64,000 bases of DNA. It comes from an uncultured Bacteroidota bacterium (lineage in GTDB: Bacteria > Bacteroidota > Bacteroidia > Bacteroidales > VadinHA17). The stretch spans positions 19,918-83,917 of the forward strand of contig CAVYYM010000020.1 in the NCBI GenBank assembly GCA_963772715.1, written 5' to 3'. Of this stretch, positions 1-9,845 are shown one piece after another. Position 1 is the first letter of the stretch. The number at the start of each line of letters is the position of its first letter. Below the pieces are notes generated by a model that did not search any database, was not told where the DNA came from, and saw only the letters and a program-made list of their open reading frames with translations. Both the position numbers and the translations under genes were made by a program.

Positions 1-166
1 TTTCAAATCTGAAATCCAGACGGGCTATCTCATACCATTTCCCGAGGTATCTTGTCTTGTCAAAAGGATGAACGGCAACTGCTCCTTTCGGAATAGTCGA
101 ACATGAGCAAAAAGTGAAAGCCATAACTGCTGCAACCATGGTTCGGATAAGGTATTTATTCATCAT
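1..166 (-). CDS. blc: Bacterial lipocalin (Blc-like outer-membrane lipoprotein), N-terminal part; gene runs off the window start
   Basis: Reverse translation from the ATG at 166-164 gives MMNKYLIRTMVAAVMAFTFCSCSTIPKGAVAVHPFDKTRYLGKWYEIARLDFRFE. It has a lipoprotein-type signal with Cys and the YLGKWYEIARLD.RFE lipocalin motif. It is absent from the ORF track because it is truncated by the window edge. Confidence 0.75.
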   Translation of the reverse strand, partial: MMNKYLIRTMVAAVMAFTFCSCSTIPKGAVAVHPFDKTRYLGKWYEIARLDFRFE

Positions 167-273
167 ATGATAATCTTTCAGACAAAGTTAAAACAATTTT
201 ATGTTCAATGATTTAAGCACTGCATAAACGATGGCTGCCATCCAGGTCTATTCTCACCCCTCACCCTCTCCTT

Positions 274-325
274 CTTCGGTCTTCAGTCTTCAGTCTTCGG
301 TCTTCGGTCTTTTATCTTTTGTCTT
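274..325. repeat. Tandem heptamer array (CTTCGGT/CTTCAGT, about 7 units; GTCTTC-containing)
   Basis: Read directly: cttcggt cttcagt cttcagt cttcggt cttcggt cttttat cttttgt. It lies in the spacer between the stop of ORF 327..1331 and the blc start. The same family occurs in reverse complement at 20963-21011 and in both orientations at 56292-56366. Confidence 0.85.
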
Positions 326-326
326 A

Positions 327-1331
327 TTAAAACCACCCCCTCTTCCTGTTGGGCAGGTCATTAAGAATATCGATCGTAAGGTTTATATCATTTATCATCT
401 GGAAGTCCAGCATTCCGGCATTGACAAAATCAGCTCCGTTCTCGAATGCCCACCTGATACCGTCCTTTGGAGGGATAGCCCCTGCCGCCATAGTCTTGAA
501 TCCCATGACAGGAACAGTCGTTTTATTTACAAACTCAACTGTGCGGTCCGGGAAGGTGCAGAAACAGTTGTCATGCCATTTATTGTGATCAGCCTGCTTT
601 GTACCTATCGATTCATATGCCACTCTGTTCTCAATGGGATGAGCCGACCAGTAATTGCTGTGATGCATCGTAACCATGTAATAATCAGGGATGATGCCTT
701 TTTCAGCACACACTATCTGCGAATCCACCATATGGGCTCCCATGCCTGCCACCATGCCCTGCTTTCTGACATAATCGAGCAGCTTCGCAACGTCGTCGAA
801 CCTTTTTTCGACGACCAGGCGGTCACACCACTCACCATGAAGCTGTATCATATCGACTCCAAATCCTATAGCCTGGTCGAACTGCTCGAAAATGTTCGTG
901 GTATTCCTGTTTAGTCCCACCTGCCCTATGATAAGTATCTTGCTGCCGGTCTCCTTTTTATATTTTGCAAGAAGGGCCAGCGATGCAAAACCAGATCCGA
1001 TGCAATTGATACCTGCCTGCTCCGCCATCATCAGGGTTTCAAATACTTTCTTCTCGGTGTTATAGGCTTTGAAGAGAGAGCCTACATAGGCAAGGTCGCG
1101 CGAATGTGCAAAGCCGTTTATCGGATTGCTGCCGATGATCAGCCTGCTGATCTCATGCTTCCCGAGCCTGGCTTTCGGCAGCACTCCTTTCAGTTGCTGG
1201 AGAGCTGTAGATGATACCTGCGAAGAGGCATCCATTTCAGTGAACATTCCCTTGCCTGCGACTCCGATAAGCGGTAGTACGGCAATATTCTTCAATACCT
1301 GACGGCGTGAACAGATTTTATCCTTTTTCAT
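327..1331 (-). CDS. Hypothetical exported protein with twin-arginine-like signal (SRRQVLKNIAVLPLIGVAG)
   Basis: 334-aa ORF. The N-terminus MKKDKICSRRQVLKNIAVLPLIGVAGKG looks like a Tat signal. I recognise no family. The antisense ORF 231..914 is low-complexity and was rejected. Confidence 0.6.
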   Translation of the reverse strand: MKKDKICSRRQVLKNIAVLPLIGVAGKGMFTEMDASSQVSSTALQQLKGVLPKARLGKHEISRLIIGSNPINGFAHSRDLAYVGSLFKAYNTEKKVFETLMMAEQAGINCIGSGFASLALLAKYKKETGSKILIIGQVGLNRNTTNIFEQFDQAIGFGVDMIQLHGEWCDRLVVEKRFDDVAKLLDYVRKQGMVAGMGAHMVDSQIVCAEKGIIPDYYMVTMHHSNYWSAHPIENRVAYESIGTKQADHNKWHDNCFCTFPDRTVEFVNKTTVPVMGFKTMAAGAIPPKDGIRWAFENGADFVNAGMLDFQMINDINLTIDILNDLPNRKRGWF

Positions 1332-1352
1332 AATACAATCCTTATGTTTCTT

Positions 1353-4300
1353 TTATCTTGTATCAATGATCATGATCCTTGTAAGTCCTATACCTGCCAG
1401 CTCCGGATAATACTGGTAAGTTTCCTCGCGGGTATAGAAGCCTCCTATGATTATATAATAATAGCCCCATCGCTCAACGATTTCGGATTCGAGGCCAAGC
1501 TTCTTGCTTACCTTTCGCTGTGCCTTCAATGCCTGAGATTTCTTGATGAATTCTCCAACTCTCATTGAAACGGGAGGAATTTCTGCGGCTTTTTGCTCCG
1601 GCTTAACCTCCGGTGCTATCTCAAGCACCACAACAGGAGCATTTCTTATGGTATCGGCAGGAGGCACTTCGACCTTTGTCCTTGCCGTATCGGCAGGTAC
1701 GACAACAGGTTTTGCAACCGGCTCAGGCGTCTTTACGGGAGGCACCCACAGATCCCTCAGCCCCATCATGCCAAGTGAAGGAAGAAGCCGCTCCATGTCG
1801 AGCCTGTTGGTAAAACCTGTGATCCTGACTTTATAATATCCGTCTTCGACGATTATCTCGACAGGATTGTTTATCAGGGAAGCCATCCTGTTCCTGAGTG
1901 CAATTGCATAGTTGTTCGACCTGAAAGCTCCTATCTGTATCGACATCAGTGCCGGCACCGGCTGAACACCGGTAGTGTCTATTATATCCCTGATCACGGC
2001 AACCGAGTCAGCCCTGTCAACCAGTATCCTCTGCTGCTGTTTTGCCTTGAGCGTGATCACCCACAGTTCAGTTATGCCGTTCTTCCTCAGGACTTCGATC
2101 TTCTGATCCACTTCAGCCCTGGTCTTAATGTCGTTTATCCTTACCTTATAGAAGTTGTCTGCGACAACTATATCAACTTTCTGACCAAAGATCTGCTCAA
2201 GTTTCCTTCTCATTGCCTCGGCATTTCGTTTCTGCCTGAAAGCTCCGAGCTGAATCGCCCAGCAATCCTCCGAAATTGTAACAAGCTCTTCAACAACCTC
2301 ATGCACAATAAAATATGAAGTGTCTTTCCTGACAACCTGCACAACCGGTACTTCCGGTAAAACTTCCTTTGTGACTTTAACGATCTTTTTAAGATTGAAA
2401 TCGAGTCCGTCGACAATGTCTCCGTCAAGGTTGGCTTTCACCGAAAAAGCGATTGAATCAGGTTCCGATGTCATTTCAAGCCTGCGGAGCTGAGCCGTAT
2501 CGACCATTACGATATAGTCGCCCGGGCTCAATCCGAACAGGCTGAAATAACCATCATTTTCAGTAAGTGTTCGCCCGGCATACTTCAACCTGTCGGTAAA
2601 GAAATTGACAATCACGCGTCCCTGTCCGGTTTTTGCTCCCTTATCATCAAGAGTAACAGTTCCGTTGGCTTCACCTGCAACATTTACAGGCACATACACA
2701 GGTTTAAGCATGTTCGCGTCAACATTGACGCTGACGGTCCGGAAAGCCAGCTGCCATGAGATATTTTCGAAGCTGTTGGGATCGAGCTCGATGAAACAGC
2801 TGGTGTAAGGTTCCAGTCCGACGATGCGTATGGTTGTATCCTTTTCCGACTGGATTATCCGTCCTGCGTTCGCCCTGAGATTCAGTCCCGGAACTTTCTG
2901 TTCACCGTTATCCAGCACCCCGTTCACATTCAGATCGAAAAACGGGATGACCGTCACACCCCCGCGGCCCACATTGGGTCTATTATCTGGCACGATGAAT
3001 CCCTCCTTGCTGTCGCTGACAAGGCTTCCCGAGGCATGTTCTATAAAGGTCGACTTATTACCAGACTGCCTGAAGCTCAACCCTGTCCTTGCAAAGCTGA
3101 AATCGTACCTCATTCCGAGCTCCAGCATATTTATTGAATATGTGAAATTCCTTTCATATGAAACACTCATGAAAGCATGGTCGAGTATATACTTCTCCAC
3201 CTTCAGTTTTGCAGAGAGAATCTTATTCTCTGATATTCCATACTGAGCCTGCGACATTAATACAAACCTCCCGGGAAGCCTGCCTGAAACAGAGATATTG
3301 CTGTAGAAATAAGGCTTGATATCGCCGATGAACATCCCGTAAGTGGTGATATTTGTGTTCACCCCGTATAATGATCCTGAAAACATCCATTCGCCTGTAG
3401 TATACCGCGATTGAGGGAGTATCAGCTGGTTAACGGAGAACCTGTTGAAGGATGAGAATTTCCCGATCCTGAAAGGAACCGAAGCTGAGACCTTCCGCTC
3501 TTCGAGATAATTGAAATTAATGGCAGTCTGATCTTTATGGTACCATATATAATCAAGATCGAACTGGATATTGGAAGGCATTCTGTATGAAAGTGTTCCC
3601 TTCGCCCTGACTCCATAGGTATATTCTCCGAACAGAAGGATGTTGCTGGCAACCCTTACAGATGCTTTCAAAAATGGCATTAAAGGCCCTGAAGTAACAG
3701 ATGACAGGTACTCCACGCCTCCGCCAACGGTTATACCTCGCGTCAGACCATAATTCACGGAAGCCCTCGAGAACCTGCTGAACGATGTGTCTTCAACAAC
3801 TCCTGCACCGACAGTATATTCCAGTGTTTTTTCAGGAAGGAAGGTAAACGGGATATTTATATTCTGCTCTTTCGATCTTTCTTCTCCCCATGGCCCGTAA
3901 AACTTCAGCTTAACCATCGTATTGCCGTAAACCAGAGGCACCTGGAAAGTGAAGAAGCCGGAAGCATCGGCTTTTACATAATCCACAAGGACATTATTTA
4001 CATAGAGCTCAACAATCCAGCCAGGTTCTGTTCTGTCGCTCAGGGTGTATGATCCGAAAGAACGCCTGTAAGTCGCGGGAGTATTGGTAAACTGCACACC
4101 TATGACCGGATTGTATATTGTAGATGTTGCCTGCGTGGATATTTTTCCTGCCATGACCTGGCGAAGAGGCTTAAAGTCGTTGTTCACATATCGCCAGAGG
4201 TAATTTTGCTGTTTCTCGGTAAACGGATCACTGCTGCTGTAATTCAGGGATATGTTGGTCTCTCCCCCCAGTATTACTGAGCCGAGCGTAAGGTTAAGTC

Positions 4301-4979
4301 TTGTCTCGCTCTTGCCGCCGATCTCCTCTGTCCCGATGGCCGACCAGTCTGCCATGCCGAATCTGAATTTCGGGTAAGATCGTCCAATAATCTTATCTGC
4401 AATTACTTCCCCCTTGAGCCTGGTAAGGTTTTTTCGCATTTCTTCCTGTTTCATTTCCCTGATAAGAGGAAGCTCGAGCTCGCTGGTTATAATTGCAGAA
4501 AGACTCCTGAAATTAAAACCACAGTTCAGCCCGAAGATCCTTCCGAAATATGCCGACCTGAGGTAGAGATTTGTTTCTGTCCGGATCAGGTCTCCCTTCT
4601 GAAGATCATACAGCTTCTCCTGGTAAATAATCCTGTTGTTCGTCCTGCTTATATAGAACCTGGCCTCCGGATTAATAAAGAAACCCGATATGGAATCGAG
4701 TCCGTCAGAAGGAACGTTTCTGATATGAAGAAAGTCGAAGAGATCCGTGACCGGAAGGAAAAGCTCTTCTCCTTTTATCACTGCGGGCAGTTCGAGAGAA
4801 CCTATTCCCTTTACTTCTGTCAGAACCGTGATCTCATCGTAACCTGTCTCCTCCTGACCTGCTGAATTTACTGAAAATGAGAATAATACCGCAAAAATAA
4901 ACGAAATACGCCGTGTAATGACCAGAGAAAGTATACCCCGTGAATTACAACCAGCGGGGTATTCTATTCTTTCTGTCAT
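1353..4979 (-). CDS. Usher-like outer-membrane protein with three C-terminal SPOR (peptidoglycan-binding) domains
   Basis: 1208-aa ORF with an N-terminal signal/TM (ISFIFAVLFSFSVNSAGQ). It has a long beta-strand-rich central region and a CarboxypepD_reg-like stretch (GTVTLDDKGAKTGQGRVIVNFF...GYFSLFGLSPGDYIV). Three SPOR-like repeats follow: AIQLGAFRQKRNAEAMRRKL..., SIQIGAFRSNNYAIALRNRM..., MRVGEFIKKSQALKAQRKV... (nt ~1356-2270). It is the last gene of a locus with DUF4402 subunits and a PapD-like chaperone. Usher homology is inferred from context and architecture and was not verified. Confidence 0.6.
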   Translation of the reverse strand: MTERIEYPAGCNSRGILSLVITRRISFIFAVLFSFSVNSAGQEETGYDEITVLTEVKGIGSLELPAVIKGEELFLPVTDLFDFLHIRNVPSDGLDSISGFFINPEARFYISRTNNRIIYQEKLYDLQKGDLIRTETNLYLRSAYFGRIFGLNCGFNFRSLSAIITSELELPLIREMKQEEMRKNLTRLKGEVIADKIIGRSYPKFRFGMADWSAIGTEEIGGKSETRLNLTLGSVILGGETNISLNYSSSDPFTEKQQNYLWRYVNNDFKPLRQVMAGKISTQATSTIYNPVIGVQFTNTPATYRRSFGSYTLSDRTEPGWIVELYVNNVLVDYVKADASGFFTFQVPLVYGNTMVKLKFYGPWGEERSKEQNINIPFTFLPEKTLEYTVGAGVVEDTSFSRFSRASVNYGLTRGITVGGGVEYLSSVTSGPLMPFLKASVRVASNILLFGEYTYGVRAKGTLSYRMPSNIQFDLDYIWYHKDQTAINFNYLEERKVSASVPFRIGKFSSFNRFSVNQLILPQSRYTTGEWMFSGSLYGVNTNITTYGMFIGDIKPYFYSNISVSGRLPGRFVLMSQAQYGISENKILSAKLKVEKYILDHAFMSVSYERNFTYSINMLELGMRYDFSFARTGLSFRQSGNKSTFIEHASGSLVSDSKEGFIVPDNRPNVGRGGVTVIPFFDLNVNGVLDNGEQKVPGLNLRANAGRIIQSEKDTTIRIVGLEPYTSCFIELDPNSFENISWQLAFRTVSVNVDANMLKPVYVPVNVAGEANGTVTLDDKGAKTGQGRVIVNFFTDRLKYAGRTLTENDGYFSLFGLSPGDYIVMVDTAQLRRLEMTSEPDSIAFSVKANLDGDIVDGLDFNLKKIVKVTKEVLPEVPVVQVVRKDTSYFIVHEVVEELVTISEDCWAIQLGAFRQKRNAEAMRRKLEQIFGQKVDIVVADNFYKVRINDIKTRAEVDQKIEVLRKNGITELWVITLKAKQQQRILVDRADSVAVIRDIIDTTGVQPVPALMSIQIGAFRSNNYAIALRNRMASLINNPVEIIVEDGYYKVRITGFTNRLDMERLLPSLGMMGLRDLWVPPVKTPEPVAKPVVVPADTARTKVEVPPADTIRNAPVVVLEIAPEVKPEQKAAEIPPVSMRVGEFIKKSQALKAQRKVSKKLGLESEIVERWGYYYIIIGGFYTREETYQYYPELAGIGLTRIMIIDTR

Positions 4980-5009
4980 AAATAATAAATCAGGGCGATC
5001 TTTAAAATA

Positions 5010-5525
5010 CTATTCCTGGACAAATGTTATGTTGAACGTGCCATTATAGCTTCCCGCAGGATTCGCCAGAATGCTCCCCACATTAAGTGTCCCGCCTATA
5101 TCGAGGGTTGTTCCGTTGGGCGGCGCAGTATTGATCACATATGGCAGAACCGGAAGCGTGGAGTCGATGGTGAACGACATGGTCTGGGTGCCATTAGTCA
5201 ATGTTGATGAAGGCCATCCCAGCAGTGATATAATTGTTCCGGGATTCGCTACCAGTTCGAATCGTGCAGTGGAATGGACCGGATTTAAGCTTAGCGGGAT
5301 AACACTGCCTGAAGCTCCGCGCGTACCGTTGGAATATATGATAACCGTTCCTCCTGCACCTGAAAGCGTAAATGCGCCAAAGCTCAGCTGCTGTGTGGGA
5401 GTGATCTCCAGCGGTTTTGGAGGGGGCTCCTGTCCATAAACAGCAGAGGTGAAAAGGAACATCACTATTGCGATGAAGCCTGCCCTGAAGGCGGTCCTTT
5501 TCAGTCTAGCCTTTTCCCCCATCAT
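5010..5525 (-). CDS. DUF4402-type secreted fibre subunit (paralogue C)
   Basis: 171 aa with a signal peptide (AIVMFLFTSAVYGQ). The C-terminal motif GGTLNVGSILANPAGSYNGTFNITFVQE parallels the other two paralogues. Its start overlaps the upstream adhesin stop by 4 nt (5522-5525). Confidence 0.7.
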   Translation of the reverse strand: MMGEKARLKRTAFRAGFIAIVMFLFTSAVYGQEPPPKPLEITPTQQLSFGAFTLSGAGGTVIIYSNGTRGASGSVIPLSLNPVHSTARFELVANPGTIISLLGWPSSTLTNGTQTMSFTIDSTLPVLPYVINTAPPNGTTLDIGGTLNVGSILANPAGSYNGTFNITFVQE

Positions 5526-8500
5526 CTTGTTATAACGAATTTCTGAACTGTCCTTTTACTGCCTGAGACAAGAGTTATGAAATATACTCCGTCTTTGACT
5601 GGTATACCGAATTCATGATAGCCTGTTTCATAGACTTTCCTTTCAAGCAGTCTCTGTCCTGTCAGGTTTGTCAGATAAACAGTGCCATTATTTCCCTGAA
5701 GTTCAAAAATATCGGTCTTAAGCATTCCGTCCGAAACCCAGGCGAAGAATGGTTTAGCGTTTTCTTCCGGCCCTTCGGTTCCTGTCATAACATTGTTTAC
5801 GTCTAGAAAAAACCTGTTCAGGTATTCTGCAACCGGAAGATAAACACTGTACTGACCACCGTTGGTCAAAGGCTGATTAGTACCTGTTACCGCATCATAG
5901 AGCGATACCGGCAAGCCGGCGAATGATCCTGTCGCCGATCTCATCCTGAAGAGAACCGTTCCCTCCGTATTGGCCTTTAATCCCAGGGGGATCCTGAGCC
6001 AGGGCTCCGTAATCGAGGGCAATGCGTTGATCGAAAGACGTTGATTATCAGAACTGATTGAATATATGTTCGGTACTTTAAGGTCGGTGTTGAAGAGTTT
6101 CAACCCGTCAAACTTGCTGTCGAATAATTCCGTCGACATGTCGTCGATATATACAAGCATCGGATCGGAAGCCGTCAGGTCTGTTGAGAATGCAGCAGTG
6201 AGTCTGATCACTGAATGGTCGCCTTTGGCCTGAGATTTAGAGAATGGCTGACTCATATCATTGATCCTCACGGAGTTATTCAAGCCGAAGGTACCGGTAA
6301 CCGGGAATGATCCGTTTGATACATGAATGAAGAATCCCTGCATCGATGGTATTATATTACTGACAATGCTGTCGCTCGACTCTCCATTCACATAGCTGTT
6401 GTATGTTCCTACATACTGGTCGGTATCGCTCGGACTAAAGAAATATACAGCATCGTCGATGTTCGTTTTTGTCCAGCCTGAGGTCGCATCCCAATCGATG
6501 GCTGAAGGATAAGGATTCCCGACAAGGTTCATTCCCCTGGTATAAGTATAATTGTGATTATACAGGGTTGCCGTGAAAGACCCATTGTTTACCGTATCCG
6601 TGATATCGAAGGTCAGAGGCGCGGCCACAATTCCGAAGTTGACCGCATATCCCTGGAGTGGATTGAGTATCGAGGAGGGATTAACGTAGCTTACCCATCC
6701 CGAGCTTGTACGGTTCTCGTCGTAGCGGTAAACAGGCGGAAATCCTGCGGCTAGATTCACCTCATCTGAAAGTTCATTAACCTGAGCTGTCTGAAACGGT
6801 GATGAAATGTATCTGTAGCCGAATCCTGAAGGAAGATATCTCTGCATTGTCACATTTCCAATCACCTGACCAGAACCCGTACCATCAATATAAGCTGTCT
6901 GGGTTGCAGTTGAAGCAAGAGTCAGGTAGCCGCCGGTAGCCAGATTCCCGCTGCTGGCAAGCACTGACCTCGTAACAGTCAGTGTTCCCTGGAGTGTCAC
7001 ACCTGACGTGTTGTTTATTATCAAGTCGCGTATTGTATTTGTTGAAAAGAGGTTAGCGGCTATCAGCTGTGCCGAAGTGCCGTTAAGTTCAACGGTTCCG
7101 GCAGTGGCATCAAATGTTCCGTTGTTTGTTATCGTGCCCGAGATCCTGATAGTATTATCGGTGATTGTCAATGAGGAACCGATATCTATTGTTAAATTAT
7201 TAACAGTAGCTGCTGCGCCGGAACCAAGTACAGGTTTCGTCGTCACGTTCGGTATTGTAACCTGGTTGCTCTGGTTCGGGATATATCCGCATGACCAGTT
7301 GCCGGTATTATTCCAGTCACTATCAACCGATCCTGTCCACAGGTTGTTATTGATGATGGTGAGTGTTGCTCCTGTGCTGTTGAGAGGTGAAGTTCCGCAA
7401 GTGCTTGTCAATACACATCTGTAAACCCTGCCGCTAAGTGCTGACCCCGGATTTGTGAGGAGAAGCGTTGGCGTATTTACACCGCTGTAGACACCTCCGT
7501 TGGAAAGATTTGCTCCATCTTCCTGCCACTGGTAGGAAATGTTGTAGCCTGATGCCGCGATGGTGAAGGTGGCATTGTTGCCAGCGCAAATTGAAGCGGA
7601 TGAAGGCTGTGTTACAATTGAAAGAAGCGGATGGATTGTCAGACTCACAGTTGTGGCAGTGCTCTCACAATCATTCACTGTTTGTGTGACATAGTATGTA
7701 TATGTTCCTGCAGCTGTCTGTCCGGTTGCGAACGGAGTGCCGTTACCCTCAAGGACGGTGAGTCCGGCATCAGAATACCATTTAAGATTTGTTCCTGTTG
7801 CCGCCAGGTCAGCGATATTAGTTATGCAGCATTCCACGTTTGAACCTGAAGGTGCAGAAGGAACAGGAGTTACTATAATATTCTTTACATCGCTTTTATT
7901 GCAACCCAGAATATTATATAAATAGGTAATCGGATGTGTTCCTACACCGGCTGTGGAGGCGTTGAAATTAGTTCCTGAAACACCTGTACCGGAATATGCT
8001 CCGCCTGTTGGAGAGCCCTGATTCAGTGTATAAGTTGTTGAGCAGACTCCTACAGCACCGAGCAGAGTGTTGGCACCTTCACTGCCGAGAGTGATGAAGC
8101 TGCCAGGATCATTCTGGTTAAGGTATTCCGTCATGATCCATCCGGCACTTCTCGGGCTCATGCAGAAACGAGGTTCATCGAGGTTTGCGGCCAGGTATTC
8201 GCCGTCGTTGTATCTTCCAATATCGCCTTCGGTAGGTCTGTAGGTCTGAGGGGCCACCTTCGAGGAACCTTTCAGCACGCCGTCAATATAAATGTAGCTG
8301 GTTGTTCCGTCAAACACGTAAACATAGTAATGCCATGTATTTGTCGATGGAGCCGGGCCGCCATCGGCAAGTATTGTCCCTCCCCATTTCCATGCGACAG
8401 CATTGCCGCCACGGAATCCCATCTGTATGGCAGATAATTGTGCGGCGTTCTGAAATGAGATCAGGTTTCTGTTTCCAGCCGGTGTGGCCGAATAATTTCC

Positions 8501-8968
8501 CCAGATGCTTATTGTCTGGTTATTATCGTTATCGACAAAACCGTTATTCGGAGTCATTATATAAGATGTAGTGCCGTTGAATCCCCTTCCCCCTGCTATT
8601 CTGCCGGTCACATCGGTCGTGACATTGTTTGTTCCGTTATTGAGGTTGCTTGTTGCATCATCGGTAAATCCTGTCCCGTTGAGATGCCATACACCCTTAT
8701 AGGTGCTGGTCCAGATTGAAGTTGTTGATGGATTTACGGAAACAGATGGATTGCCGTACAGCATTTTAATAGTCGTGCCTGATGTATATGACAGGACAGG
8801 TATTCTGACCCAAGCAATATACTGACCGGTCGTTGCATCATAATATTCGATCTGGTGATTGAGTCTGCTCCCGTTCAGGTCAGTGAAAATAATATCATAG
8901 CCATTGGCATTGTTCGTATGGCCGCCATTTGCCGTTGTCTTCAGCAGAGATGGAGGTAAAGCTGACAA
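5522..8968 (-). CDS. T9SS-sorted giant adhesin, C-terminal 1148-aa portion (DUF2341/LamG-like, Ig-like, T9SS CTD)
   Basis: DUF2341-like region YDIIFTD..G..LNHQIEYYDATTGQYIAWVRIP followed by a LamG-like region. Ig-like module SYQWQEDGANLSNGGVYSGVNTPTLLLTNP..GRVYRCVL. The C-terminal ~80 aa (...GTVYLTNLTGQRLLERKVYETGYHEFGIPVKDGVYFITLVSGSKRTVQKFVITR) is typical of a T9SS type-A sorting domain. The upstream fragments belong to the same gene. Confidence 0.8.
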   Translation of the reverse strand: MSALPPSLLKTTANGGHTNNANGYDIIFTDLNGSRLNHQIEYYDATTGQYIAWVRIPVLSYTSGTTIKMLYGNPSVSVNPSTTSIWTSTYKGVWHLNGTGFTDDATSNLNNGTNNVTTDVTGRIAGGRGFNGTTSYIMTPNNGFVDNDNNQTISIWGNYSATPAGNRNLISFQNAAQLSAIQMGFRGGNAVAWKWGGTILADGGPAPSTNTWHYYVYVFDGTTSYIYIDGVLKGSSKVAPQTYRPTEGDIGRYNDGEYLAANLDEPRFCMSPRSAGWIMTEYLNQNDPGSFITLGSEGANTLLGAVGVCSTTYTLNQGSPTGGAYSGTGVSGTNFNASTAGVGTHPITYLYNILGCNKSDVKNIIVTPVPSAPSGSNVECCITNIADLAATGTNLKWYSDAGLTVLEGNGTPFATGQTAAGTYTYYVTQTVNDCESTATTVSLTIHPLLSIVTQPSSASICAGNNATFTIAASGYNISYQWQEDGANLSNGGVYSGVNTPTLLLTNPGSALSGRVYRCVLTSTCGTSPLNSTGATLTIINNNLWTGSVDSDWNNTGNWSCGYIPNQSNQVTIPNVTTKPVLGSGAAATVNNLTIDIGSSLTITDNTIRISGTITNNGTFDATAGTVELNGTSAQLIAANLFSTNTIRDLIINNTSGVTLQGTLTVTRSVLASSGNLATGGYLTLASTATQTAYIDGTGSGQVIGNVTMQRYLPSGFGYRYISSPFQTAQVNELSDEVNLAAGFPPVYRYDENRTSSGWVSYVNPSSILNPLQGYAVNFGIVAAPLTFDITDTVNNGSFTATLYNHNYTYTRGMNLVGNPYPSAIDWDATSGWTKTNIDDAVYFFSPSDTDQYVGTYNSYVNGESSDSIVSNIIPSMQGFFIHVSNGSFPVTGTFGLNNSVRINDMSQPFSKSQAKGDHSVIRLTAAFSTDLTASDPMLVYIDDMSTELFDSKFDGLKLFNTDLKVPNIYSISSDNQRLSINALPSITEPWLRIPLGLKANTEGTVLFRMRSATGSFAGLPVSLYDAVTGTNQPLTNGGQYSVYLPVAEYLNRFFLDVNNVMTGTEGPEENAKPFFAWVSDGMLKTDIFELQGNNGTVYLTNLTGQRLLERKVYETGYHEFGIPVKDGVYFITLVSGSKRTVQKFVITR

Positions 8969-9845
8969 GCGCCGGAAAATCAGTCAGATCAGCAGTTCCT
9001 GATGCAGGATCAAGGGTTACATCCATTGTATATTTATAACCAAGAGTAGCAACGGGGACCGTAAGCGTTGCGGCATTGCTTGTCGCGGAGTAGCTGAACG
9101 CATCCGTAACCACACATCTGTACCGGTATCCGCTCATGGATTCTGCAGCGCCAGTGATCGAGAGGGTGCTGGTTCCTGTACCGGAATAAACTCCGCCATC
9201 TGACAGATTGGTAAATCCGCCGCCGTTGTCTTCCTGCCACCTGTAAGTAAAAGGGGTGCTTCCGCTAACCACCACGCTGAATGAGGCGTTGCATCCTGTA
9301 TAGTCAGAGGGCTGCGTCGTAATTCGCGGATGCGGTTTGCCTATAGCCAGGTCTGTGGTTGTGGCTGATATCCCGCTCATCCCGGTTCTGGTTATCTCCG
9401 GGCTTGCCACAGTTCCATGAGTGCCATCGAGTGTCAGGTTTCCGCCGTTAGTTCTCTTCAGGATCCTGGCGCGTGAATCAACATCTGAAAAGCCATTATA
9501 GTTCAGGTTGACACTGTAATTTGTCGATGCTATTGTTCCGGCTGTCATTATCCAGTAGCCTGTTGTCTGACGGTTATAAATCCAGTTTCCTGAATCATTA
9601 AGGGGAAGTCCCGCAGTTCCAATATCAGCGGTTTGAAAATTGACTGTAAGTGTTCCTGCTGTAAGGTTTGTACAGGTGATTTTCAGGGGATTATAAGACA
9701 GGGCTGTACCGACCGGGAACAGGTATTCCGTTCCCGCTGCGGTCAGGTTCCTTCGCAATTTTCCAATTACGGTCCCTGCTGCATATGAAAGGCTTCCGGT
9801 AACTGCCAGGGTGTTTGCGCCGGCATCGATATTGCCCAGTGTCAT
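8895..9845 (-). CDS. Adhesin middle fragment (same gene as 5522..8968, separated by a frameshift)
   Basis: 316-aa ORF with an Ig-like module (ITTQPSDYTGCNASFSVVVSGSTPFTYRWQEDNGGGFTNLSDGGVYSGTGTSTLSITGAAESMSGYRYRCVV) paralogous to the one in 5522..8968. It overlaps that ORF by 74 nt in another frame. Confidence 0.7.
   Translation of the reverse strand: MTLGNIDAGANTLAVTGSLSYAAGTVIGKLRRNLTAAGTEYLFPVGTALSYNPLKITCTNLTAGTLTVNFQTADIGTAGLPLNDSGNWIYNRQTTGYWIMTAGTIASTNYSVNLNYNGFSDVDSRARILKRTNGGNLTLDGTHGTVASPEITRTGMSGISATTTDLAIGKPHPRITTQPSDYTGCNASFSVVVSGSTPFTYRWQEDNGGGFTNLSDGGVYSGTGTSTLSITGAAESMSGYRYRCVVTDAFSYSATSNAATLTVPVATLGYKYTMDVTLDPASGTADLTDFPALVSFTSISAEDNGKWRPYEQCQWL

Noticed and set aside
231-914. 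227-aa plus-strand ORF overlapping the 327..1331 gene. The same applies to other long antisense ORFs, such as 2824..3246, 7008..7424, 11102..11545, 15963..16409, 16902..17519, 33558..33971, 40793..41167, 47531..47962 and 57212..57676.
   Set aside because: Each lies antisense to, or out of frame within, a gene with recognisable family motifs. Their translations are low-complexity or Ser/Leu/Arg/Cys-rich with no motifs. They are typical shadow ORFs.
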